Part shown: piece by piece, positions 1-9,437 of the stretch
Numbering within the stretch: the stretch's first letter is position 1
How the letters are laid out: each line of letters opens with the position of its first letter
Source: Ostreococcus lucimarinus
Taxonomy: Eukaryota
Direction: 5' to 3' (one strand)
DNA length: 64,000 nucleotides
Assembly: GCA_000092065.1 (NCBI GenBank)
Contig: CP000583.1
Translations under genes and position numbers: made by a program
Notes under the pieces: generated by a model
The model's input: only the letters and a program-made list of their open reading frames with translations
What the model was told of the DNA's origin: nothing
Databases searched by the model: none

Positions 1-603
1 CCGACGCCGAACAAAACGTATCCCAACCCTGTTCACCGATGAAAATCACGATCACCTTCCGACAACTCAACTCCGCGAGTCGCAAAAACGCATTCAACAC
101 CGGTTCACCTCGCCACTGTAACATTCTCTGCGCCTCGTCGACGACGACGTAACACGCCCGCGCGCCCGGACTCGCCGGCAAGTGCGCGCGTAAAATCTCC
201 ACTAAATCACTAAACCTATCGCACTTCAGCGCCTTTTTCACCTGCTCTGCGCTCGCACGTCTCAAACTCTCGCTCGACCGCACCAAATACGGCGTCAGCT
301 CCTCCACCACCGCCTCGTACAACAGCTTCGGCGCGTGCTCCGTGGCGCACGACGCGTACGCCCACGGCCGTCCGCTCCTCCCGACGACGTCCCGCACGAT
401 CGACGTCTTCCCCGTCACCGGCGGTCCGTGGACGTACATCGCCGGATGATCGTCCCTCGCGCCTCCCAGCGCGCGCACCAGGCCCTCGATCGACGCCTTC
501 CGTCCTCCCCAGCGCGCGCACGCGTCGCGGATGAATCCTTCCTCGTCCCGTTCGATCGCATCGCGCGACGCGCGCGCGTCGTCGTCGTCGCTCGCGTCGC
601 CCA
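1..603 (-). CDS. ORC5: Origin recognition complex subunit 5 (ORC5), 5' part. The gene continues beyond the window start. The ATG is at 601-603 on the minus strand.
   Basis: Minus-strand translation reads MGDASDDDDARASRDAIERDEEGFIRDACARWGG...AMYVHGPPVTGKTSIVRDVV (Walker A) ...YVVVDEAQRMLQWRGEPVLNAFLRLAELSCRKVIVIFIGEQGWDTF. This matches the ORC5 AAA+ region (human ORC5 ...[45 protein letters not shown]). It is not in the ORF track because it runs off the window edge. Confidence 0.7.
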
Positions 604-830
604 TCGCGACGTCATCGACGCGCATCGACGCCCGCGCGTCGCTCGCCGCGCGCGGTCGCGCGTCGCGCGCCGTCGTCGTCTCTCGCGCCGCGCGCGCGCG
701 CGGCTGTCGACGCGCGTTCGAACGCGCGACGGCCGACGCGCGACGCGCGCGCACGTGGGGTTCGCGCGAGCTCCGATGCGTGCGCGTCAACCAACCGAAT
801 GTCCGAAATAAATACAGATTCAAAACAGCA

Positions 831-850
831 CGCGGACTGTTTGCGCGTGC
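831..850. promoter_or_regulatory. Putative core-promoter motif GGACTGTTTGCGCGTGCG in the ORC5(-)/RPS6(+) divergent intergenic region.
   Basis: A 15-mer identical to 18985-18999 (GGACTGTTTGCGCGT). Related CACTGTTT/AAACAGTG elements lie in other 5' intergenic regions (9375-9437, 19041-19063, 31601-31618, 35972-35990, 45214-45232, 57836-57862). It sits about 120 nt upstream of the RPS6 ATG. Confidence 0.3.
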
Positions 851-953
851 GATGCACACGCGTCCGTGTTTCTTCGCGGCGCGCCCCCGAGACGCGACGC
901 GCGCGCGGGCGCGCCGCGCCGTCGCCCTCTTTCGACGACGCGCGCGCGCGACC

Positions 954-2039
954 ATGAAGGTGCGTCCATCGACGGGCGACGCGGGATGACGATGGGGATG
1001 ATTACGGCGCGCGACGACGGACGGCGCGCGACGACGGACGCGCGACGACGCGCGCGGACGCGACGGCGGACGCGAACGACGCGGGTTTGCGCGACGCGAC
1101 GATCGGGGACTGACGACGACGACGACGACGACGCGCGTGATCCACAGCTCAACATCGCGAACCCGCAGACCGGGGCGCAGAAGAAGATCGAGATCGTCGA
1201 TGAGAACAAGCTCCGATGCTTCTACGATAAGCGCATCTCCGCGGAGGTGGAGGGCGATGAACTCGGTGATGTGCGTGTTAGGGCTTTGCGATGCGACGCG
1301 ACGCGATGAAGCCGAGGACGCGAACGATGCGCGCGCGCGGACGCGACGGTGGTGCGCGTGGATGATTGATGAAGATAATGATGATCGTGAATTCGTACTG
1401 ACCGCGCGTGTGATGCGCTCGTTTCGTCGATAGGAATGGAAAGGCTACATCTTTAAGATCATGGGTGGCAACGACAAGCAAGGGTTTGGGATGAAGCAAG
1501 GCGTGTTGACGAACCAACGCGTGTTCTTGCTCATGTCTCAGGGCACGAGTGGTTTCCGTGGGAACGGTCGCCGTAAGGGTGAGCGCCGTCGTAAGGCGTG
1601 CCGTGGTTGCATCGTCTCCCAAGACATCGCTGTTTTGAACTTGCTCATCGTCAAGCAAGGCGACGCCGAGGTTCCGGGTTTGACGGATACCGAAGTCGCG
1701 CGCTTGCGTGGTCCGAAGCGTGCGAGCAAGATTCGCAAGCTCTTCGCGTTAACGAAGGAAGACGACGTTCGTCAGTACGTGAACACGTACCGCCGTGAGT
1801 TTGAATCCGCGACTGGCAAGAAGAAGTCCAAGGCGCCGAAGATTCAACGTCTCGTCACCCCGCTCGTCATCAAGCGCAAGCACGCGCGCGCGGCGGCGAA
1901 GAAAGTTAAGCAAGCCAAGTCCAAGGCGGAAGCCGCGGAATACCACAAGGTCCTTGCCCTCCGCATCCGAGAACAACGCGAGCGCAGAAGCGAATCCCTC
2001 GCCAAGCGCCGTGCGTCCTCCGTCGCGAAGAAGGCGTAG
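954..2039 (+). CDS. RPS6: 40S ribosomal protein S6 (eS6). Three exons: join(954..959,1148..1270,1434..2039), 244 aa.
   Basis: Exon 1 is ATGAAG (MK) followed by donor GTGCGT at 960. Exon 2 encodes [41 protein letters not shown] with donor GTGCGT at 1271. Exon 3 begins [25 protein letters not shown]...KKA*. The spliced product aligns end to end with eS6 (human [68 protein letters not shown]...). The acceptors are CACAG| at 1143-1147 and TAG| at 1431-1433. CTGAC branch points lie upstream of both acceptors. Confidence 0.85.
960..1147 (+). other. RPS6 intron 1 (188 nt), introner-like.
   Basis: GTGCGT donor, CTGAC branch at about 1110-1114, CAG acceptor. It shares the 19-mer CGCGCGGACGCGACGG(C/T)GG (1051-1069) with intron 2 (1334-1352). 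It also shares GCGGGTTTGCGCGACGC (1081-1097) with the THF1 intron (23591-23610, opposite strand) and with the CCT1 intron (60650-60668, opposite strand). Confidence 0.6.
1271..1433 (+). other. RPS6 intron 2 (163 nt).
   Basis: GTGCGT donor, branch CTGAC at 1397-1401, TAG acceptor. It has the internal motif shared with intron 1. Confidence 0.6.
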
Positions 2040-2284
2040 GCTGAGGCAAAGATTTCTACTAGTGAAATGGATGGGATTTGGTGATTTAGTGTACTCAGAG
2101 ACGGAGATTGATCGCGACGCCGGTGACGCATCGCGAAACAAAGCTTAGCAGCTTACTATTCTTCGCACGCGACTTGTAATCGATGCGACGAAAATTCAAA
2201 AACACGCCGACGCGCATCAAACGCCCCCTCCGGAAAGTGGAATTCATTTTGAAACCAACCGTCGGCATCACACATCGCCGCGCG

Positions 2285-2914
2285 ATGGATTCGCTCGCCT
2301 CGCGCGCTGTCGCGTCGACGACCGTGTTAAAGACCGGTCCACGATCGATGCGCTCGCCGCGTCTGTCGATGCGACGCGCGGGTTCGTCGCGCGACAAAGT
2401 GTTAACTCGAATGGGACACGGCGACTCGTCGATGAGCGAAGACGAAGACGATTACGCGAGCGACATCAATCGCACGCCGTACTACACCCAAACCGAGCGC
2501 AAGTTTTTAGACATGATCACGATTCAGGCCTTGAAGAACTTGCTGCACTTTTTGCAGGAGACGAACGGCGAGATGCACATGTATTTGCACAACCACATCA
2601 CCGAAAATCCGTTTGAGCTCAGCGAGACGAGGTCGATGGAGGATTGGTTGACAGATCTCGCGGCGAAACCGTTGACGCGGGTGAACGATCCGCGGCGTTC
2701 ATCCGTGCCCGGGCCGGCGATGGACGAGGAGGCGTTGAGAAAGGGGCGAGAGATATCGCCGAGAGATTTAGTTGAGAGGATATTACAAGCGCGCTCAAAC
2801 GTCGCGGAAGAACTAACCAGAGAGCTGAGCGCGCCTCGTCTGGCGGTGAAAAACAATAAAATATTTACCGCGGCGTTGGCGTCGACGTTTCGATTGAGTG
2901 ATGACGACGTTTGA
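2285..2914 (+). CDS. RBCX: RbcX-like RuBisCO assembly chaperone, plastid-targeted. An alternative upstream ATG is at 2183.
   Basis: The N-terminus MDSLASRAVASTTVLKTGPRSMRSPRLSMRRAGSS looks like a transit peptide. The core TQTERKFLDMITIQALKNLLHFLQETNGEMHMYLHNHITENPF matches the cyanobacterial/plant RbcX signature (..LQSYLTYQALRTVLAQLGETNPPLALWLHNFS..). Confidence 0.55.
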   Translation: MDSLASRAVASTTVLKTGPRSMRSPRLSMRRAGSSRDKVLTRMGHGDSSMSEDEDDYASDINRTPYYTQTERKFLDMITIQALKNLLHFLQETNGEMHMYLHNHITENPFELSETRSMEDWLTDLAAKPLTRVNDPRRSSVPGPAMDEEALRKGREISPRDLVERILQARSNVAEELTRELSAPRLAVKNNKIFTAALASTFRLSDDDV

Positions 2915-3128
2915 TGACGACGTTTAGTTTAGGAAAACATCCGCGCGCGCAAAGTAGCCACGCGCGCGGGGATTTAAATTAATGTGACCTGTCGCGTTCC
3001 AACAGCGCATCGTTCGCGCGTCGTCGATTCGTCCGCGCGCGCGTCGACGCGCTGTCGCTCGTCTCGTTTCAGTATAGTACATCTAAAAGTTTCAAGTTTC
3101 TAGTCGACAAAACGTCGATGAAAAAAGT

Positions 3129-5489
3129 CTACGCGAGATAAACGTACATTTTTCGATCGCTCGGATCCCTCTCGATGTATTCACGCTCAATCAAGGTCTC
3201 GATGTGTTTTTTGATATCCGCGGGTGTGGGCATGAAACGGTTCCTGACTTGAGCCGTGACTTCCATGACGATGCTGTTGTGATCGAGCCGCTTCTTCGCC
3301 TTCATCACGCGCACAATGGTGGCCTCGATCTGCGGCTTACGATCGTCTACGATTTTGCTTTTCGTCAACGATCTTTCGTGATCGTTCTCTCGCTTGGCAG
3401 AAATGGACAAGATTTTGACCTTGGTCGTCTTAGATGAGAAGTCTCGATTGACTTGAAACGAGTCTCCCAAGCTCACATCTTTCCCAGCGGGCAACTTTGT
3501 GAGAATATTTTTCCCCTTGACGCACGAAAGCGCTTGCAAGCAACCCTTGAGCTCGTCGCCTATCATTCCAGTAAGATCCGAAATATCTTTTGTGGTCAAA
3601 GTCTCGTGCGTGTTGAAAAGCATGAGGACACACATGTGCAGCGTCGACGCAGAAATTTCATATTCACCGCTCGCAAACCTAGCCTTAATGTCGGCCCGGC
3701 CCATGTTCGCCTGCCAAGTGAGCTTTCGACCGGCGTGACGCGAGAGGTAGAAATTTTCAAAAACCTTGCACGTCCTCTCGCATTCATGGGGTAAGTTGAT
3801 CGGAGTTTTATGCACCTTCAAGGGCCAGGCTCCGGTGGTCAACACCGAGACATTTACTTCCATCGATCCCGAGCCTCTTGAGTAAACACCTTCAAACTCC
3901 CTCGTCAAGTCACCCGAAGTGAGCATGTCGTTGAACATGCCCTCCATTCTACTCGTGAATGTAAATCCACAATCGTCCTTGAGTTTACCGATGAACGCGA
4001 GCTCGTTATCGTCGCTTGCGGAGCGCTTGTTTAGCAACCTCTTCGACAAGTGTTGGCGATAATAATTCTCAAACACATCCTTCTCGTGAAATAGGTGGAA
4101 GAGCCCCATCGATCGGTTCAGGATGATCTCCAGTTCGCTCTGACTCGCGTCTTTTGACGATTTCCTCAACATGTGATCCAAATAAAGCGACAAATACTCG
4201 GGTGATCTAGGATTCAAGTTTGCGACGAGTTGATACGCCTGATTGCACTGCGACTCGATGAGGCGATTATTTGCAAACGCCTCGATCAAGATTGTGTCAT
4301 ACTTCTCCTTGAATTTGAAAAGCTCTTCGACAAACTGTGTCGGATTCTTTTCATTTTCTAAATCATTCACGATCGACTTGCCGATTTCCTTAAGATGATT
4401 GAACATCACGTCTGGAATACCCTCGAGATCGTCCATCGTCGAAAACAGCGAGTACATGCGACGCAAGTTTTCGATCTGGTTCGCTCGAAGCATGTGCACC
4501 ATGCCACTCGTAGCGTTATGCAATAGTGATTGTGACATCTCCTTCAATAACTGGTTGCGCGCTTGCTCAAGTAAAAGGCCTGTTGTTCGAGGAGCCATGT
4601 AAGCTTCACTTCGGTCCTTCTCTTGCGCCAGTCTCGCCTCCGCCATCCTCAAGAACGTCGGGCAGTCGTCGATATCGATTCGTTTCTGCGCCACCGCCTT
4701 GTAGTAAGATCTTGTCTCATCGAGCATTTTAACTTCGAACTCATCTACGTAAACAGATTCGTGCAAAGTGAGTAACATGGACGTCACCTTTTGCAACGCG
4801 TCCCTATCCACGCTCTCGCCGTCGCGCTCGCGGCGGATCAAATCTAACATGCACGAGTGCATCCGTCGTCTAATGCGTGGATTATTTACCACACACTCCC
4901 TCCAAAGCGTTATTACGAGATCCCCCACGGGTTCTAAGTTCGCGTTCCCGCTCCGCTTCAAGTGCACGCGATCGAGATAGATGAAGACGTCGGTCAGCAT
5001 TTGCGCGCTCTTTCTGTGCCGCGCAAATCGCGTCTCCAAATCCTTCAAAAATTCAACATCCCCCACCACGTCCGCGATCTTACTCGCCACGTGCAAGCAC
5101 AAATGATCTGTTACCGCGTCGCTTATGGTGTTATACAGCGCATCACCCTGTTTCCGAAGCACCAACGCGTACGCCTTACCGTACAGCTCCTCGTACGACA
5201 ACCCTTCGCTGCTCAGGTTCAACAGCTCCGTCGTCGCCGTTCGAAGCGTTCGAAGCGTCGTCTCCACGAACGACGGATCGGCGTCCACGCGATGTCTGAA
5301 CGGTTCCAACGCCGTCGTCGTCGCCGTCGTCGCCGCGCGCGAGCGCGCGCGCGACGCCTGTCCCGACGCGTCGCGTTTCCGTCCCACGACGCCGTCGCGC
5401 TCGCGCTCGCGCGCGCGCGCGTCGCTCGCCGCGCGCGCGCGCGCGTCGTCGCCGTCGACCGCGTCGCGCGCGTTCGCCGCGCGCGTCAT
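3129..5489 (-). CDS. CUL4: Cullin, CUL4-like with an N-terminal extension. Single exon, 786 aa.
   Basis: Cullin repeats run throughout, and the C-terminal cullin-homology/neddylation region reads IVRVMKAKKRLDHNSIVMEVTAQVRNRFMPTPADIKKHIETLIEREYIERDPSDRKMYVYLA. There is a true ATG at 5487-5489. Confidence 0.8.
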   Translation of the reverse strand: MTRAANARDAVDGDDARARAASDARARERERDGVVGRKRDASGQASRARSRAATTATTTALEPFRHRVDADPSFVETTLRTLRTATTELLNLSSEGLSYEELYGKAYALVLRKQGDALYNTISDAVTDHLCLHVASKIADVVGDVEFLKDLETRFARHRKSAQMLTDVFIYLDRVHLKRSGNANLEPVGDLVITLWRECVVNNPRIRRRMHSCMLDLIRRERDGESVDRDALQKVTSMLLTLHESVYVDEFEVKMLDETRSYYKAVAQKRIDIDDCPTFLRMAEARLAQEKDRSEAYMAPRTTGLLLEQARNQLLKEMSQSLLHNATSGMVHMLRANQIENLRRMYSLFSTMDDLEGIPDVMFNHLKEIGKSIVNDLENEKNPTQFVEELFKFKEKYDTILIEAFANNRLIESQCNQAYQLVANLNPRSPEYLSLYLDHMLRKSSKDASQSELEIILNRSMGLFHLFHEKDVFENYYRQHLSKRLLNKRSASDDNELAFIGKLKDDCGFTFTSRMEGMFNDMLTSGDLTREFEGVYSRGSGSMEVNVSVLTTGAWPLKVHKTPINLPHECERTCKVFENFYLSRHAGRKLTWQANMGRADIKARFASGEYEISASTLHMCVLMLFNTHETLTTKDISDLTGMIGDELKGCLQALSCVKGKNILTKLPAGKDVSLGDSFQVNRDFSSKTTKVKILSISAKRENDHERSLTKSKIVDDRKPQIEATIVRVMKAKKRLDHNSIVMEVTAQVRNRFMPTPADIKKHIETLIEREYIERDPSDRKMYVYLA

Positions 5490-5569
5490 CGCCGCCGGGC
5501 GCGCTGTGCCGATCGTTCGCTGGATTCGAATCGAGCCGAGTCGAATCGCGACAGACGGCGACGCGCTTC

Positions 5570-7540
5570 ATGGGCGCCGACGGCGACGCCGTGCGCGACG
5601 CGCTCGCGAACGCGGTCGAAGCGATCGCGCGCGATGTCCCGAACGCGCGCGGCACGGACTTATCCCTCGAGAGCGCGAAGGAGAAGGCGACGCGCGCGCA
5701 AAAGCTGCCCGCGCGGGACGCGCTGCTCGCGGTGAAACGGTGCTGGACGACCGCGACGCACGAACCGGGGAATCGACTGCGGGAAAAGGAGCTGGCGGAG
5801 GTGATGCGAACGTTTAACGAGGCGTGGTTGAAACAAGGCCTGACGGGGACGCCGTTGGACGATGGGACGTGGTCGTTTAGAGTGGCGCGAGTGAATCGAA
5901 ACGCGGCGAAGCGATGCCTCACGGCGCTGGGGAACTGGGCGAGGAAGGGAGCGTGGGAACCGTGGACCGGGGAGTGCCGAAAGATGAGGGATGAGGTGAT
6001 GAAGAAGGAGGACGGGGCGTACGATACGTACGCGCAAGTGCATCGGGGATTGGAAGCGTTGCGAGCGCGCGCGACGACGGGCGTGAGAAATTTGGTAAAC
6101 GATGGCGAGAGCGAGGTGACGTACGAACATGCGCTGGAGTTTGATAAAGAATTACAGAAATGGATCGAAACGTGCTGGCTTGAGAACGGACTGCCGCCGT
6201 TGGACGAATTGCCGAAGTCGAACGAGGTGTTTTACGCGAGCGGAATGGTACACACAGAGATGCCTCTTTCGTCCAAGCGAGCGCCGCCAAGGGATCGTTC
6301 GCAACCGATAAGCCCCGCGACGGCGCCGGCGAAGAAGGCAAAAACGATAAAAGATGAGAGATTACAGAGCCCGGTGAGAGCAAATGCGGAATTACCGCGA
6401 TCGGTGAAAAAGGAACCGAAGGAGCCCGGCGCGGCGGCAGTGCTGCGCTCACCGACGCCGCATTCGCCGACGCCATGCGAAACCGCCAAGCCGCCGGCGC
6501 GCGAGACGGAGATGCACGTCATCAGACACTCTGTTGCAGTCACGGTGAAGGTGCGCTGCTACGGACTAGACGCAGACTTGGTCATCATCCCGCCCTTTGG
6601 AGTGCCGAGCGGAGTGAAAACAAATGGCGAGATGGCTGCCATGGTATTTCGAGAGACTCAAGCCGCGCAGCAAGCGAATGTGCAACCAGCTGAATCTTCG
6701 ATGAGATGCACGCATAACGATGGTAAGGCGTGGCGGTGTCCCGGACGTAATCTGGAAGGTACGCCGTTCTGCACGAAGCATCAACCAGCGAAATTTTCCA
6801 CTTTGGCTCGCGTCAATCCAGTCACGTTTGAAACGGCACAAGGTTTATCGATTACGTACGCCGGTCCTCCATCGGCGTGCGTTATTCGAAGTGTTTCTGG
6901 CGTGCCAATCGATGACTCGGATTTGTTGATGCTTAAAGATCCGGAAAAGTTTGAAGCCTTTGCGTGGGACATCGAGCGTCAATTGAAATCTTGTGAAGGG
7001 CTCGTTCGACGAGACGGTGCCGGTGGACGATTCCGTGAGAATGCTTTCGTACTCGAACGCGGAGGATTTTGGGTCCCATACACTCAGTATGAAGCTCGAT
7101 TAACCACGCTTCTCCCAGGCACGCCACCCGGTTCGACCACCACGTCGGAAAGCGTGTTCAACCAATGTATTGAAGACATCGGCGCAATCAACACCGCACG
7201 CGTGGCCGAGCAAGCGAACGACGACGAGACTGAGAAAAGCAACGATGATGATGACAAACGAGAGAGCGCGCCGCCTGCAGAGCGTCCGGCTTTCGACGAT
7301 CCGATGGATACCGACAGTCCGGGACGAGCCAAAGTGCCAGCACCGACTGGCGCTCGAGAAGTGCGTCTGAAACTTGCAGAGCTTCATAGACAACTCCTCA
7401 ACGTGGATCGAGAAATCGTAGGCATGCGCGATGCTGGCTTCGCGCACGCTAAGAAACGTGATCCACAGAGTCTCGACAATAGCGAAAATAGCGAATATGA
7501 CGCGTACGAGCAGAGCGTGAATCGCGCGCTTCGCCTTTAG
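5570..7540 (+). CDS. Hypothetical protein with a WRC (Trp-Arg-Cys) zinc-finger domain, 656 aa.
   Basis: It contains CTHNDGKAWRCPGRNLEGTPFCTKH, which matches the plant WRC domain consensus (CRRTDGKKWRC...YCERH). The rest of the protein is low-complexity or novel. A true ATG is at 5570, only 80 bp from the divergent cullin ATG. Confidence 0.5.
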   Translation: MGADGDAVRDALANAVEAIARDVPNARGTDLSLESAKEKATRAQKLPARDALLAVKRCWTTATHEPGNRLREKELAEVMRTFNEAWLKQGLTGTPLDDGTWSFRVARVNRNAAKRCLTALGNWARKGAWEPWTGECRKMRDEVMKKEDGAYDTYAQVHRGLEALRARATTGVRNLVNDGESEVTYEHALEFDKELQKWIETCWLENGLPPLDELPKSNEVFYASGMVHTEMPLSSKRAPPRDRSQPISPATAPAKKAKTIKDERLQSPVRANAELPRSVKKEPKEPGAAAVLRSPTPHSPTPCETAKPPARETEMHVIRHSVAVTVKVRCYGLDADLVIIPPFGVPSGVKTNGEMAAMVFRETQAAQQANVQPAESSMRCTHNDGKAWRCPGRNLEGTPFCTKHQPAKFSTLARVNPVTFETAQGLSITYAGPPSACVIRSVSGVPIDDSDLLMLKDPEKFEAFAWDIERQLKSCEGLVRRDGAGGRFRENAFVLERGGFWVPYTQYEARLTTLLPGTPPGSTTTSESVFNQCIEDIGAINTARVAEQANDDETEKSNDDDDKRESAPPAERPAFDDPMDTDSPGRAKVPAPTGAREVRLKLAELHRQLLNVDREIVGMRDAGFAHAKKRDPQSLDNSENSEYDAYEQSVNRALRL

Positions 7541-7696
7541 AGGAATAAGCAACTCGTGTAAATGGGATTTTAAAAATAATCGCACAGTTAGCAGCACAAA
7601 TCCTTTCCTCGTCAATTCGATCGACATCAGAGGTGGATCTAAAGTTCTCTAAAGTGTTCCGCTCTCTTAATCAGTTCGTTCTTCATCCCTCAATGC

Positions 7697-9118
7697 TTAC
7701 TTGTACTGAGACATGAATTCGCCGTGGAAGTTGGTGAGCTTGACGGCGACGCCAGCGATATCTTCCTCGCTCGGAAGGAAAGTGGTCCGGAAGTGCCACG
7801 TGCCCGGCTTTTGCCCGAACCCAGACCCCGGAACGGTGACGATACCGGTCGCCAACAGTAAGCGGGTGCAGTACTCTGCATCGGCAACCTTGTTCGCGGC
7901 GGCGCATTCGTCAAGGAACTTTTGCGGGAACACCAGGTTCGGAAAGCAGTACATCGCGCCATCCGCTGGTTGGCAAGTCACACCCTCCAACGAGTTCAAC
8001 GCGTTGCTGAGTGTGATGGAACGTCTCTTCAGAGATGCGAGAATGTCATCGCGTTCTTGCGCAAACTGCTTGTACGAAGGGTCGCCTTCCACCGGCGGGT
8101 CCATGACCATCGAGGTCACGATTTGGCCCGCCAAGTTGGGGCAGAGAGCGATGGACGCGAGCTTCAGAATCGCATCCAGCACGCCTTGTTCCCACGCACC
8201 GATGAGTTCCATGAAACCACCGCGACGACCGCATTCACCGTAGTACCCTTTGCTGATACTCTGGAAGCTCGCCAAGGCGACCCGCTTGTCCAAGCCCGCC
8301 TCGAGCACGACTTTGCGCATGCTCTTGAACTTTTTGCCATCGGCGTAGATGTTTTCTTGGTACACTTCGTCGGAGATGATGAGAAGTCCTTCATCGGCGC
8401 AGAACTTGGCGATATCGAGCAAGTTGTCATCGCTCAACACGTTACCCGTAGGGTTACCCGGGTTGATGACGACGAGCGCGCGAACGTTTTTCCCTTGCGC
8501 TCGCGCCGCGTTCAACTGACTCTTGACGTGTTCGACGTCCATCGACCACCCAGTCTCTTCGTCCAGGTAGTACGGCGTCAGCGTACCGCCATACAGCGTT
8601 AACGCCGCCGAGTACAGCGGATACTGCGGGATCGGGCACATGATGGCGTCCTGTTCCCCTCGAATCAAGACGTTCATCAAATAATGGCACCCCGCCGAGG
8701 CCCCGTCGATGAGATACACGTCGTCGATGTTCGCCGGAATCCCATCCCTCTTCGTGATCCCTCTCACCACGCGCTCTCGCAAAGATTCCACGCCCTTACT
8801 CTCCGAGTACGCTCCCGTCCCGCCCTTAATCTTCCGCTTACACTCCTCCGCGCGTTCGAGGACGTCCGCCGCGAACGCCCCCGCCACCGCCTCGCAGTCG
8901 ATCGCCGCGAGCACCTGCCTGAAGAACGAGATCGGCCGCTGCCCGAGCGAGTGCGGATTCCCGATGTTGCAGTACACCACCTTATCGAACGGCAGTTTCT
9001 CCCCGTCCCGCAGCGCCCGCTCGAGCTGCTGCGCCCGCGCGACGATCGGCCCTCGCACCGCGTACTCCGCGTCGACGACGCGGTGATTGATCGTCCCGAC
9101 CGTGATCGCGTCGCGCAT
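7697..9118 (-). CDS. ALAAT: Alanine aminotransferase (ALT/AlaAT). The catalytic part is single exon, and a 5' extension or targeting exon is possible.
   Basis: MRDAITVGTINHRVVDAEYAVRGPIVARAQQL...VYCNIGNPHSLGQRPISFFRQVLA...SFQSISKGYYGECGRRGGFMEL... is the class I aminotransferase/ALT signature. The upstream part of the 804-aa track ORF is R-rich read-through with no ATG. Confidence 0.75.
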   Translation of the reverse strand: MRDAITVGTINHRVVDAEYAVRGPIVARAQQLERALRDGEKLPFDKVVYCNIGNPHSLGQRPISFFRQVLAAIDCEAVAGAFAADVLERAEECKRKIKGGTGAYSESKGVESLRERVVRGITKRDGIPANIDDVYLIDGASAGCHYLMNVLIRGEQDAIMCPIPQYPLYSAALTLYGGTLTPYYLDEETGWSMDVEHVKSQLNAARAQGKNVRALVVINPGNPTGNVLSDDNLLDIAKFCADEGLLIISDEVYQENIYADGKKFKSMRKVVLEAGLDKRVALASFQSISKGYYGECGRRGGFMELIGAWEQGVLDAILKLASIALCPNLAGQIVTSMVMDPPVEGDPSYKQFAQERDDILASLKRRSITLSNALNSLEGVTCQPADGAMYCFPNLVFPQKFLDECAAANKVADAEYCTRLLLATGIVTVPGSGFGQKPGTWHFRTTFLPSEEDIAGVAVKLTNFHGEFMSQYK

Positions 9119-9374
9119 CGCGTCCCGTCCGCGGCGCGCGCGATCGAAAGAGTTCGCGCGTTCGTCGCCGATCGCTCGCGCGCGCGCGCTCGCGTCGCGC
9201 CGAGTCGCGTCGCGGTGCGTCGATCGATCGCTCCGACGCGCGCGCAGGGGGGGTGCGCGCGCGCGTCGACCGACGCGTCGATCGAATCGATCGCGCGGTC
9301 GGTCGTCGACCCGCGGTCGAGGGTCGCGCGATCGAGACGATCGACGACGCGAGGGTGACGCGCGTCGCGCGGTG

Positions 9375-9437
9375 ATGTGTGTGGGTAAACAGTGCGAGGG
9401 TGGTTTCGGTCGATGCGTTGTGTGGGTAAACAGTGCG
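9375..9437. repeat. Tandem duplication of a roughly 43-bp promoter element carrying GTGTGGGTAAACAGTGCG twice (9375-9392 and 9418-9435).
   Basis: The direct repeat is seen in the sequence between ALT(-) and the CCA enzyme(+). It carries the AAACAGTG motif that recurs in other 5' regions. Confidence 0.5.
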
